Assembly (NCBI GenBank): GCA_000092065.1
Contig: CP000594.1
DNA: 64,000 nucleotides
From: Ostreococcus lucimarinus
Lineage: Eukaryota
Reading direction: 5' to 3' (one strand)
Part shown: piece by piece, positions 21,101 to 30,693 of the stretch
Layout: every line of letters starts with the position of its first letter
Position numbering within the stretch: position 1 is the first letter of the stretch
Notes under the pieces: model-generated
The model's database searches: none
What the model was told of the DNA's origin: nothing
What the model saw: only the letters and a program-made list of their open reading frames with translations
Program-made: the position numbers and the translations under genes

Positions 21101-21670
21101 CGCGTCCGACGCCACCACCACCGGAAACTTCCCTCCGACCTTCTCCGCGTAATACGCCGCCACCGCCACTTCCCTCGACGCGAACGCGCCGTCGCCCGAC
21201 GTCGCGCGCGCGATCTCCGCGCAGTGTTCGTCGTCGAAGACGAAGGCGCCGCCGCGCGCCGTCCCGCCGCGCGCCGTCCCGCGCGCGCGCCGCCCACCGC
21301 GCCCGACGCGCGTCGATCGCAGCGCGATCACGTCGCGCGCGCACCGCGGATCGCTGAAAACGTCTCCGTGCGCGCGCCAGGCGGCGGCGTCCGGGACGAC
21401 GTAGCACCGCGCGCCGTCGTCGGCGCTCGCGAGCGCGGCGGCGCAGCCGCGCGCGAGGTTGAGCGCGCGGTGACGCGCGCACTCGGCGCTGCCGCACGCG
21501 ACGTCGTCGCGGGCGTAGGTTTCGCGCGCGCGACGACCGGGTTCGCGGCGCGCGCGCGCGTCGCGCGACATCGCGCGAGGCGCGGTGCGCGGCTCGGGAC
21601 GCCGACGCGCCGCGAACGACGCGACGCGACGCGACGACGCGCGTTCGCGCGCGCGCGCGCGCGCGCACAT
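18200..21670 (-). CDS. DIS3: RNase II/R-family 3'-5' exoribonuclease, DIS3/RRP44-like (CR3 Cys motif, PIN-like region, cold-shock domains, RNB domain)
   Basis: RNB domain: [79 protein letters not shown]. The N-terminus [18 protein letters not shown]...[10 protein letters not shown] resembles the DIS3 CR3 plus PIN start. Two candidate ATGs, at 21670 and 21571. Contains a (GCGTTC)n-encoded Asn-Ala repeat. Confidence 0.75.
   Translation of the reverse strand: [1156 protein letters not shown]
21058..21090. repeat. (GCGTTC)n hexanucleotide microsatellite inside the DIS3 coding sequence (encodes an ANANANAN tract)
   Basis: Five consecutive GCGTTC units. They are read on the minus strand as an (NA)n insert between the PIN-like and S1/CSD regions. 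Confidence 0.8.
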
Positions 21671-21733
21671 CTATAATCTACGTTACACTTCGCCGCGCGC
21701 CGACCCGCGTCGCGCGCGCCGTCCGCGTCTAAA

Positions 21734-22441
21734 TCACGTCCCGCGCGCGCAGCTCGCGAGCGCCCGCGCGGCGCCGCGCGCCGCCCCTTCGAACGGATTC
21801 AACCCGCTCTCACCGCGTCGCCACGCCTCGACGGCGCTCTCACCCCTCGCGTACATCGCCATTCGCCCCCACGTCGTCACCACGCGCCCCGAGCCGCGAT
21901 GCACGACCGCCACCGTCGGCAGCGTCGTCGCGCCGAGCGCTCTCAAGATGAAATTCGTCTCGCGCGCGCGCGAGTACGACGCGTCCCCCTCCCGCGCCTC
22001 CGCCGCTCGCAGCGTCTCGTCCCGCGTCCCGCTCGCTTCCACCGCTCTGTCCACGCACTCGTACCCGTTGTTCGCGTCGCACGCGATCAAGACGACGTCG
22101 CACGCGTCGCGCCGCGCCGCCGCGAGCGCGACGACGCGCGGCGCGAACGCGCGACACGCCCCGCAGTCGTCCCTCGTGAAGCACGCGACGAGCAGCGGTC
22201 GCGTCGCCTCGGACCCGCTCGAGAGATTCACCGCGCGTCCGCGCGCGTCGACGAGCGGGAGATTCGCGAGCGCGGCGGCGACGTCGCGCGTCCCGTCGTC
22301 GTCGTCCGTCATCGCGAAGCAATCATCGCGACGCGTCGCGTCGTCGCGCGTCCCGACGCCGCGACACGCCGCGCACGCCGCGAACCCATCGCTCGCGCAC
22401 GTCGCGCCCGTGCCCGCGCACGCGTCGCACGCGCGCGCCAT
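21734..22441 (-). CDS. Thioredoxin-fold protein of the nucleoredoxin/tryparedoxin-like type with an atypical CGAC active-site motif
   Basis: [40 protein letters not shown] resembles the tryparedoxin/nucleoredoxin FSAHWCPPCRGFTP...Y...V region. The start is uncertain. The ATG at 22441 is only about 43 bp from the divergent Sec61-gamma ATG. An internal Met about 42 codons later is a possible alternative start. Confidence 0.45.
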   Translation of the reverse strand: MARACDACAGTGATCASDGFAACAACRGVGTRDDATRRDDCFAMTDDDDGTRDVAAALANLPLVDARGRAVNLSSGSEATRPLLVACFTRDDCGACRAFAPRVVALAAARRDACDVVLIACDANNGYECVDRAVEASGTRDETLRAAEAREGDASYSRARETNFILRALGATTLPTVAVVHRGSGRVVTTWGRMAMYARGESAVEAWRRGESGLNPFEGAARGAARALASCARGT

Positions 22442-22483
22442 TTGTGTGACGACGCGCCGTGTGACGCCAGACCGCGACGCGTC

Positions 22484-22690
22484 ATGGAAGTCGCCGACAT
22501 CGCCGTCAAGCCCGTGCGCGACTTCGCGCGCGACAGCGCGCGGCTGGTGAAGAAGTGCGCCAAGCCCGACGCGCGCGAGTTCTGGAAGATCGCCGCGCGA
22601 ACGGCGACGGGGTTCGTCATCATGGGATTCGTGGGATTCTTCGTCAAGCTCATCTTCATCCCGATCAACAACATCATCCTGAGCAGCTGA
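22484..22690 (+). CDS. SEC61G: Sec61 translocon gamma subunit (SSS1)
   Basis: 68 aa. [68 protein letters not shown], a canonical tail-anchored Sec61-gamma. It is hidden inside a longer spurious ORF in the track. Confidence 0.85.
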   Translation: MEVADIAVKPVRDFARDSARLVKKCAKPDAREFWKIAARTATGFVIMGFVGFFVKLIFIPINNIILSS

Positions 22691-23196
22691 GCGCGCGCGA
22701 AGACGACGGCGGAGTAGCGCGTTTACGCTACGCGGATCGCGCGCGCGCGACGGGGCGCGCGCGGCGCGCGACGTCGGACGGGAGAGACGCGCGGACGGGA
22801 GACGCGCGATCGAGACGACGGACGCATCTCGTAAACGCGCGATCGGCGACGACGCGACGGCGCGATCGGGGACGACGCGACGGCGGAGCGGTCGCGCGAT
22901 GACGGCGGCGCGGACGCGCGACGATCGCGGCGACGCGCGACGCGAGGGTTGTAAGGATGTCTTAGGTCACGACTGCATGCCCGCGCGACGCGCGCGCGAC
23001 GCCGTCTCGCGGCGCTCGAGACGCCGCAGAGCGCGACTCGACGCGAACGGCGACGCGCGCGACGCGCGAACGCGAGGGACGCCGACGCGAACGCGCGACG
23101 CGCGACGCGCGCGGGACGAGACGCGACGCGCGAGCGACGCGGACGCGCGATCGACGACCGAACGCGTCAACACCCTTCGACGACCGCGGCGAGAAG

Positions 23197-26100
23197 ATGG
23201 CGCGCGGTGAGCGCGCGCCGCTGCTGGCGCGAGGCGAAGACGTCGAGCGCGGACTTCGCGATGACGACGCGGCGATCGGCGCGGCGGACGCGTCGAAAGG
23301 CGCGAGAGAGGGACGCGAGGGACGGGGAAGGACGCGGACGACGGCGCTGGCGCTGGGCGGATGCGCGGCGCTCGCGAGCGTCGCGGCGTACGCGATGACG
23401 GCGGGTTCGGGGTCGAAGGCGACGATGACGGCGAGCGGTGCGAGCTTGGGGGAGCGATTCGCGGCGAATCGGGCGCAGATGGTGGCGAGACGACGACAGG
23501 CGCGCGCGCGGGCGAATCGTAAACGCGCGGCGAACGAGCGAAGGATGAAGGCGGAACGCGAAGAAAAGGTGAATGAGGTTTTGATGACGCTCGCGAAGGA
23601 GAAGCCGGAAGACGCGAAGACGATGGTGGAGAATGCGATCGAGCGATGGGAGGCGAAGCAAGCGGCGCGAGCCAAGGCGAGCTTGGGCGAAGACGAACGG
23701 GCGCCGAAGCGGCGCGCGTCGCGTCGACGCGAACGACGCGAACACGCGCGCAGAAGCACCACGAAAGGACGCCGTGCTCACGTGGCCGAGGCGCGTATGG
23801 GCGTGGGCGCTGAGACGTCGGTGGAGAGTCTGTCCCGCGGAGACGCCGCCGTGCGAGCCAAGGGTGAAGAAAAAATTCGGCAAGTCGAGGACGAATCCGA
23901 TGAGCTCATCACTGAAATCAGTTCTTCCGTGGTCAAGCGCGTAGGAAAGATTAAGGCTGCAGCCGAGGCCGAAGGCTCGGAACAAGCGAGAGACGCCGCG
24001 CGAGCCGAGGCCGAGAAGTTTGTACAGGCGGCGAACGAACGCATCGAACGCATCGAAGAAAAGACGGCGACGCGCGTATCGATGATCAAGGATCTGACGA
24101 TGCAACACATGTCGTATGACGGTCGTAACGCGTACTCGGCGCAAGTGGGCCAGAGTGAGGTGGCCAACATGGGTGAATCCGAAACGAACGATCCTGACTC
24201 CGCCGACGAGCAAGAAGACGACGAGGACGAGGACGAGGAGTTGGTCGAAGATTTGCTGGCGGATGGCGAACAAGAACAAGAAGAACAAGAAGACGCTGGT
24301 AGTGGCAATCAGGTTGTGCCGGGGACGGCGACGGAGACGGAGACAGGGAGTGACGAAGAAGACGAGGCCAACGAAGCAGCCGAAGAAGAAGAAGAAGATC
24401 ATGAGATCAACAAGCTGTCCAACGTCGAACTCATTCAGTTATTGGATGACAAACTCGATAACCTGGAACAGAGTAACGAAGACTTCAAATCGGCGATTAC
24501 TGAGCAAATCGAAGGCTTGTCGACAAGAATGTCTAACCTCGAGAATTCATCGGAGGAGCTGCAGGACGACGTCACGGAGATGGCGCTCGACGAGCACTAC
24601 GACAACGACGAGGACGGCGACGGCGACAGCGACAGCGACAGCGACGAGGACGGCGACGAGGACGGCGACGGCGACGGCGACGGTTATCCCAGAGACGAGA
24701 CCATCGACGGCAACTACCCCACCGGGAACGGTAAATATCCCGCCGATAGCAACGGCAACTATCCCACCGCCCAAACCGTCACCGTCGATGAAAACGCCTT
24801 GAGCATCAGCGCGGTCAATGACCAAATTTCCAATCTCACGGCGCAGCTTCAGAACGCCACCGCCGCCGCCGCGCAAGCGCAAGCGACTCAGGAACAATTG
24901 GATCAGACGCGAGCTGAGCTTGCGGCGGCGCAAGCGCAGCTTAACGCTCGTTACTTCGATTTGGACGTTTTCCGTAGGCGTCCGGTCGGTCTCGAACCGG
25001 ATTTCCAAACCAGTGACCCGACCGCGGAATCTGGCGCATTTTACGCTTGCGACGTGCAAAATCAATGCATGACGGGCGCGACGCTTTTGACACGTAATAA
25101 TAAGTTGCTCGCGATGAAGGGCGTGTGCGACAACGGCGCGAAGTCGACGGATTTGTCTTCAGGATCCTATGAAATGTTCCCGACGCACGGTACGATTGAC
25201 TTTTCGTCGACGGACACCGACAACGAGTGCACGATGGAATTCGGTGAAAACTCGCGGTCGGTTTGGATTCGCAAGGAAAATGATTTTGTCATCGCCATGT
25301 CCAAGGACGGCTCCGCACACACGCGGTGTGGTCGCGATGTCGCGAGCGCGTCTTCCATCAAGTATCAGTGCCAAAATCCGAAAGCGTGCATCACGGGATA
25401 TCACATCAAGAATCAGTACGGCAACTTCGATGGCGACGCGAGCACACGCACCGAAGAAGACTTGGCTATATCCGTCGTTGATTTCGTGTGCTCCGACGGC
25501 AGTTTCGCCGTCGACCCGGTTTCACTGCGACCGGATTACGGCCAAATTAGAGTTGAACCAGAATTTACCATTGGCTTGGCGAACACGCCGCGAAAGGATG
25601 GTTCGGTCAGGCGCACGGTGACGCCGTATTTGCGACTCAAGACGAATACGGTAGTGAGCGATTCGTTTCTCTTGGCTGTTCGCGTCCGCGACGTGACCGC
25701 GTTGACCGAACAAGAGAAACACGGTTGGTGTACGCAACAACACGTGCAAGCGCACCTAAACGCTCCGCACACGTGCAAAGATGGAAGCAAGCTGTGCGCG
25801 AAGCCGGCGTTTGTGTTCAACCCAGGCGGATCAGAGTATGAGTTGAAATTTGGCGAACAGACGTTCGATCTTCTCGACGCCCAAGCGCACGAATCCGCGC
25901 GCATCGTCGTTGAGAACGAAGACCAAGCAAACGACGCACGCGTCAAAAACTTTCCGATGCCGGCGAATGAGGAATTCTTCATGTTTGGTCATCACTACGA
26001 AGTGTGCGTCGCCGCCATCGAGCGTTCGAGCTTCAAAACTAAAATCATCGACCCAAGCACGGGCGCGGTGAAGGATTCGTTCTACAATCGCCACCTCGAC

Positions 26101-26466
26101 GGTTCCGCGCACCTCGTCGGCTTGGCCACGACGGGCGAGCTCTCCGTCACCATGGAAGGGGGACCGAGACACTTCAACATCGTCGCTCCAGCGGCGCCGA
26201 CGACCGCTGATTTACAAAATCTTCAGTGTTACGACAACGATTGCGCCATTTCGGGCGGTGTCGCCCCGGTGGTGAGCGCGCAGAGCCAAGTGTCGCCGCA
26301 ACCGACGCCGCAACCGACGCCGGCGCCGCAACCGACGCCGCGACCGAACGACGGCGTCGCGACGCTCGCCAAGGAATCCGCGCAGCAAAAGACGCACGTC
26401 ACCACCGTCCTCGACGCGCGCAAAGCGCTCGAAGCGCGTCTCCAAGACGCGCAGCGGCGCCATTAA
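23197..26466 (+). CDS. Large (1089 aa) predicted signal-anchored protein. It has a coiled coil, a highly acidic D/E/G-rich low-complexity tract, repeated NYPT motifs, a Pro/Thr-rich linker and a Cys-rich globular region. No recognised family.
   Basis: ATG in a gaagATGg context. A single hydrophobic segment near the N-terminus, ALALGGCAALASVAAYAMTAG. DEDGDGDSDSDSDEDGDEDGDGDGDG, then YPRDETIDGNYPTGNGKYPADSNGNYPTAQ. A Cys-rich region follows, from about aa 650 (FYACDVQNQCMTG...) with cysteines continuing to QCYDNDCAISGG near the C-terminus; the PQPTPQPTPAPQPTPRP linker sits close to the C-terminal end. Confidence 0.55.
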   Translation: MARGERAPLLARGEDVERGLRDDDAAIGAADASKGAREGREGRGRTRTTALALGGCAALASVAAYAMTAGSGSKATMTASGASLGERFAANRAQMVARRRQARARANRKRAANERRMKAEREEKVNEVLMTLAKEKPEDAKTMVENAIERWEAKQAARAKASLGEDERAPKRRASRRRERREHARRSTTKGRRAHVAEARMGVGAETSVESLSRGDAAVRAKGEEKIRQVEDESDELITEISSSVVKRVGKIKAAAEAEGSEQARDAARAEAEKFVQAANERIERIEEKTATRVSMIKDLTMQHMSYDGRNAYSAQVGQSEVANMGESETNDPDSADEQEDDEDEDEELVEDLLADGEQEQEEQEDAGSGNQVVPGTATETETGSDEEDEANEAAEEEEEDHEINKLSNVELIQLLDDKLDNLEQSNEDFKSAITEQIEGLSTRMSNLENSSEELQDDVTEMALDEHYDNDEDGDGDSDSDSDEDGDEDGDGDGDGYPRDETIDGNYPTGNGKYPADSNGNYPTAQTVTVDENALSISAVNDQISNLTAQLQNATAAAAQAQATQEQLDQTRAELAAAQAQLNARYFDLDVFRRRPVGLEPDFQTSDPTAESGAFYACDVQNQCMTGATLLTRNNKLLAMKGVCDNGAKSTDLSSGSYEMFPTHGTIDFSSTDTDNECTMEFGENSRSVWIRKENDFVIAMSKDGSAHTRCGRDVASASSIKYQCQNPKACITGYHIKNQYGNFDGDASTRTEEDLAISVVDFVCSDGSFAVDPVSLRPDYGQIRVEPEFTIGLANTPRKDGSVRRTVTPYLRLKTNTVVSDSFLLAVRVRDVTALTEQEKHGWCTQQHVQAHLNAPHTCKDGSKLCAKPAFVFNPGGSEYELKFGEQTFDLLDAQAHESARIVVENEDQANDARVKNFPMPANEEFFMFGHHYEVCVAAIERSSFKTKIIDPSTGAVKDSFYNRHLDGSAHLVGLATTGELSVTMEGGPRHFNIVAPAAPTTADLQNLQCYDNDCAISGGVAPVVSAQSQVSPQPTPQPTPAPQPTPRPNDGVATLAKESAQQKTHVTTVLDARKALEARLQDAQRRH

Positions 26467-26586
26467 AGTAGCCCCATTAAAGTACCCTTGTAACGCGTCG
26501 ACGCCGCCGCGTCCCGGTAGGGCTACACCACAATCCAACGCATCGCCGCGTCACGATCCGCCGCGCGGTGCGTCCTCGACCGCGCG

Positions 26587-26628
26587 CCTCGACCTCGATC
26601 TCGACCTCGACTCGACCTCGACCACGAC
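26587..26628. repeat. Imperfect (CTCGAC)n microsatellite in the convergent 3' intergenic region
   Basis: ctcgacctcgatctcgacctcgactcgacctcgaccacgacc. Confidence 0.7.
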
Positions 26629-27188
26629 CAAGTCAGCTGCCGACGGTCGCGACGCTCGTCGTCGCACCGCCACCCGTCGGCGCGTTACGCTCGTGGGACA
26701 ACGAATGCCGAATGCGACCGAACGCGCGCGTCGTTCTGACGCGCGTCGTCCTCGGAAGCGCGGCGCACTCGCGCGTGCGCTCGGACGTCCGCGTGCGCGC
26801 GGACGCGCCGAGCGACGCGCGGGACATCACATCGCGACGCGCGCGTCTCGCGCGGGACGGGGACGACGACGAAACGCTCGACTGACGCGCGGGACCGGAC
26901 TCGGGTTTTTACGACGCTTCGCAGGGACGGACGCGCGCGATGACGTCGCGACGGGCGCGGTGAATCGTTCACACTGTGAATCGTTTAAACAGTGTTGTTG
27001 TAATTTTACAAAGTGTTGTGCGGTGATAAAACTAAACCGAGACGACGCGCGTCGACGAACGAGTTACGCCGTGATTTTTTCCGACGGGGAAGAAGAAAAC
27101 TGAGAGATTCTTTCTTCGAGGAGAGGGCGGAAATGGCGAATCACTCCTTGTATCGGCCACGCAGCGGCATCGCCGAGAGCCTGAGGAA

Positions 27189-28649
27189 TCACGACGCAAA
27201 GAGGCGCACGAGGTCAGTCAGTCGATCCTTTTTTGGGAAAAAAAAATGAACGCGCGGAGGAATCGTCGACGGACGTACGCAAATAGTGTGCCCTTCGATT
27301 TGTTTCGTGAGCTCCTGTAATGTGTCAATCTCTTCGAGACGCGCGTCGCCCTTGACCATGCGTTGCATGATGTTGTACAACCACGACGTCCCTTCGCGGC
27401 AGGGCGTGCACTGGCCGCACGATTCGTGCTTGTAAAAGTAACTCAAACGCGCGATGGCGTCGATGACGTCGGTGGATTTGTCCATGACGATCACCGCCGC
27501 GGTCCCGAGACCGCTCTGGGCTTCTTTCAAAGAGTCAAAATCCATCAACACGTCTTCGCACACGTTCTTGGGAATGAGCGGTACTGAGGATCCGCCGGGG
27601 ATGACGGCTAAGAGGTTGTCCCAACCGCCTCGCACGCCGCCGCAGTGCTTCTCGATGAGGTCTCGCAAAGGAATAGACATCTCTTCCTCCACCGTGCACG
27701 GGTTGTTGACGTGCCCAGAGATGCAAAACAACTTCGTACCGGCGTTATTCTTTCGACCGAAGGAGGCGAACCAATCCGCGCCTCGGCGCAAAATCGTCGG
27801 CGCCACGGCGACGGTTTCGACATTCGTCACCGTCGTCGGGCATCCGTACAGGCCGACGTTGGCGGGGAACGGCGGTTTCAACCTCGGTTTGCCCTGTTTA
27901 CCCTCTAAAGACTCGATCAAAGCCGTCTCTTCGCCGCAAATATACGCCCCAGCGCCGTAGTGAATGTTGACGTCGAAATCCATCCCGCTTCCGCACGCAT
28001 TCTTCCCCAAATATCCCGCCGCGTAACACTCCGCCAACGCCCGTTCCAGCGCCAACCGTTCGTTCACATACTCACCACGAATGTAAATGTACGCCGCACG
28101 CGCCCGCATCGCCGTCCCCGCGATCAAGCATCCCTCCAACAACTTGTGCGGGTCGTGTCGCATGATTTCCCTGTCCTTGCACGTCCCCGGTTCGCTCTCA
28201 TCCGCGTTCACCACGAGATAATTCGGCCGTCCATCGCTCACCCTCGGCATGAACGACCACTTCAGCCCGCTCGGGAACCCCGCGCCGCCGCGTCCGCGCA
28301 ATCCGCTCGCCTTCATCTCGCTTATTATCCAATCCGCCCCGAGTTCCACGAGCGACTTCGTGTTGTGCCAGTCCCCGCGCTTCATCGCGCCCTTCAGGAA
28401 CGGATCGTGCTTCCCGTACAGGTTGGTGAAGATGCGATCTTGGTCCTTCAAATCACCGTGCGCGCGCTCGCTCGAGTACGCGCGATGCGGTCGCGTTCGC
28501 GCGGCGACGGTGCGATGACCCTGGATCGTCGGTTTCGTCGTCGTTTCGCGCGCGCCATCGACGCCGTGCGCCGCGGAGGCGTCCGCGAGCGCGACGGCGC
28601 GAAGGGTGAGGGTTTTTGTCAGCCGCTGGCGCGTCGCGGAGGCGAGCAT
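27189..28649 (-). CDS. NDUFV1: NADH:ubiquinone oxidoreductase 51-kDa flavoprotein subunit (complex I, NDUFV1)
   Basis: [20 protein letters not shown] (FMN site), [11 protein letters not shown] (the 4Fe-4S motif), [17 protein letters not shown]. The ORF-track start at 28694 is TTG. The genuine ATG is at 28649 ([22 protein letters not shown], presequence-like). Confidence 0.9.
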   Translation of the reverse strand: MLASATRQRLTKTLTLRAVALADASAAHGVDGARETTTKPTIQGHRTVAARTRPHRAYSSERAHGDLKDQDRIFTNLYGKHDPFLKGAMKRGDWHNTKSLVELGADWIISEMKASGLRGRGGAGFPSGLKWSFMPRVSDGRPNYLVVNADESEPGTCKDREIMRHDPHKLLEGCLIAGTAMRARAAYIYIRGEYVNERLALERALAECYAAGYLGKNACGSGMDFDVNIHYGAGAYICGEETALIESLEGKQGKPRLKPPFPANVGLYGCPTTVTNVETVAVAPTILRRGADWFASFGRKNNAGTKLFCISGHVNNPCTVEEEMSIPLRDLIEKHCGGVRGGWDNLLAVIPGGSSVPLIPKNVCEDVLMDFDSLKEAQSGLGTAAVIVMDKSTDVIDAIARLSYFYKHESCGQCTPCREGTSWLYNIMQRMVKGDARLEEIDTLQELTKQIEGHTICVRPSTIPPRVHFFFPKKDRLTDLVRLFAS

Positions 28650-28759
28650 GGCGTCCGAGCGCGCGCGCGTCGCGCGATGACGCCGTACAGTCAACTAGGT
28701 TTGGTGCGGCGTGAAATTTCACTTCAAACAAACGCCGCGCCGACGAAAGGACGACGGAA

Positions 28760-30391
28760 TCAGCTCGACATAGTCGCCTTGTTGATCTCGAAAATGAGCA
28801 AACGCCAAAGAGAAATGACGAAAGGCTCGCACTCGGCGTCTAAAACCGGGTCGAGATCGACGATGAGGTCGAGAGGGGAAACGCGAGCGTCGAGCTTTTC
28901 GAGGACGAAGCGCGCGAGAGCGGGCTCGGATTCGCCGAGGAGGTCGGTGAGCTTCTTGGAGATCCACTTGGAGGCGACGGCGTCGATTTCGGCGGTGGTG
29001 TAAGTGGACCAATCCATGGGATGGGCGAAGATGTCGTCGCGAGCGGTGGGAACGGTGGCGATGATGGCGGCGACGTCGACGGGTCGTCGCTCGGCGCGAC
29101 GGCGATCGACGTCGCGGGCGGCGTCTTCGAAGACGTCCGGAGGTGGTTTCGCGTGCGATGCGGAGAACGCGGCGGATAGACCGCCGGTCGGTCGCTTCGG
29201 TGCGGTCAAGCCGAAAGACGTCTTTGCCTGCTGCTGCTGCTGCGGTGGCGGCGGCACCGACACCAAATCGCTCGAGCGCGGTTCGGCAAAGCCTCGAACG
29301 CGCTCGGGCTCGTGCGTCGACTTTCGAGCTTTTGAAATCGGAAACGCCTCTGCGTGGACATCATCGCTCGTCGAACGCGAACGCGCCGCCGCGCGAACCG
29401 TCGCGCGAGTATCGCGTCGCTCGAGCTCCTCTTCCTCATCGCGACGGTCTCGTTCGTCGTCCTCGATTTCTAAATCTCGAAACCGTCGTCGTCGCGCCCG
29501 CTCGCGGTCGGACTTTTCCCAAAGCGGCGTTTGGATGCCGTCCTCTTCGCTATCGCTCGCTAAGTCGCGCTTGATCGCCGCGCGACGTTCCATCTTCTTT
29601 TCCTTTTCTATTTTCGCTCGCCTCGCGCGTTCGCGGACGTTGGCGCCGACTAAATCATCCATCACCTTCTCCCGCTCGCGAAACAACCGCTCGGCGCGCT
29701 CGGTCGCTTCGTATTCGTGTCTTCCACCGCGCACGAACCGCGCGGTGGCGGAGTTCGTCACCGGCGCGCTCGTCCCGCTCTCGAACCTCCCGGCGTCGGA
29801 AGCGTTCGCCGGCGAGCGCCCCCTCGACGTCGACCTCCGCCCACCCTCCCTCGCCGCCGCGCCGCGCGTCGACTCTCGCGCCTTCCCCTCGTCCACCGAC
29901 CGCGGCGGTAACCCACGCACGACGACCTCCGCCTTCGCGTTCGCCGCCTTCGCCGCCTTTCCCGCCTTCGCCTTCGCCGTCGCCTCGTCGTCCGAAATCT
30001 CCCCGATCTCCACCTCCTCCCCCTCCATCCCTCGCCCGAGCACCCTCGCGATCTCTCTTCGTCGCCTCGCGTCCCCGTCCGCGTCCAGCGCGCGCTCTCC
30101 CGCGCGTCTCAGGTACGCCGTCGTCGCCGCCCTCGTCGCCGCGTTCGCCGCGCACGTCATCGCCTCGTCCGCCTCGCTCACGCGCAGCCCATCGATCGCG
30201 CGCGCGCACCGCACCGCGCCCTCGATCGTCTCGAACGTCGCGAATCCGAACCGCTTCGGCGCGCGCGTCGCGGGATCGCGGACGCGTTTCCACGTTTTCA
30301 GCGCGCCGCAGATTTCGAGCGCGCGCTCGACGATCGCGTCGTCCGCGAGCGCGATTGGGATCTTTCCCACGTACACGCGCGGCGCGGACAT
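28760..30391 (-). CDS. RBM25-like splicing factor: N-terminal RRM, RE/RD-rich centre, C-terminal PWI domain
   Basis: RRM RVYVGKIPIALADDAIVERALEICGALKTWKRVRDPATRAPKRFGFATFETIEGAVRCARAIDG. C-terminal PWI-like WISKKLTDLLGESEPALARFVLEKL. ATG at 30391 (MSAPRVYVGK). A more upstream in-frame ATG at 30649 precedes an Arg-rich stretch that is probably 5' UTR. Confidence 0.55.
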   Translation of the reverse strand: MSAPRVYVGKIPIALADDAIVERALEICGALKTWKRVRDPATRAPKRFGFATFETIEGAVRCARAIDGLRVSEADEAMTCAANAATRAATTAYLRRAGERALDADGDARRRREIARVLGRGMEGEEVEIGEISDDEATAKAKAGKAAKAANAKAEVVVRGLPPRSVDEGKARESTRGAAAREGGRRSTSRGRSPANASDAGRFESGTSAPVTNSATARFVRGGRHEYEATERAERLFREREKVMDDLVGANVRERARRAKIEKEKKMERRAAIKRDLASDSEEDGIQTPLWEKSDRERARRRRFRDLEIEDDERDRRDEEEELERRDTRATVRAAARSRSTSDDVHAEAFPISKARKSTHEPERVRGFAEPRSSDLVSVPPPPQQQQQAKTSFGLTAPKRPTGGLSAAFSASHAKPPPDVFEDAARDVDRRRAERRPVDVAAIIATVPTARDDIFAHPMDWSTYTTAEIDAVASKWISKKLTDLLGESEPALARFVLEKLDARVSPLDLIVDLDPVLDAECEPFVISLWRLLIFEINKATMSS

Positions 30392-30693
30392 CGTCGCTGC
30401 GCGTCGCGTCTCGACGCGCGACGCGACGCGCGGCGCGACGTGACGCGCGACGATGTCCGCGCGCGCGAAGGCGATGGATGCGCCGCACATCGGCGCTCGA
30501 AATCTGCGTCGCGCGTCGCGTCGCGCGGCGCATGGCGACGGCGAGCGCGCGCGTTCGTCGCGCGTCACCGCGCGCCGCGCGACGCCCCGCGCGACGCAAC
30601 GCGAGAGGAGGACGCGCGACGCGGATTCGTCGGCGCGCGACGTCGGCATCGGACGACGAAACCGCGCGCGCGACGCGCGATGCGACGACGCGG

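Noticed and set aside
20571-21668. 365-aa minus-strand ORF, and the plus-strand ORFs 18248..19105 and 19519..20448
   Set aside because: These are alternative frames, or the antisense, of the DIS3 gene and are Arg-rich low complexity. The DIS3 frame with CSD and RNB motifs is the real one.
21734-22441. Thioredoxin-fold ORF as a possible selenoprotein, given that Mamiellales are selenoprotein-rich
   Set aside because: The redox motif is an intact Cys-Gly-Ala-Cys with no in-frame TGA. There is no evidence for Sec.
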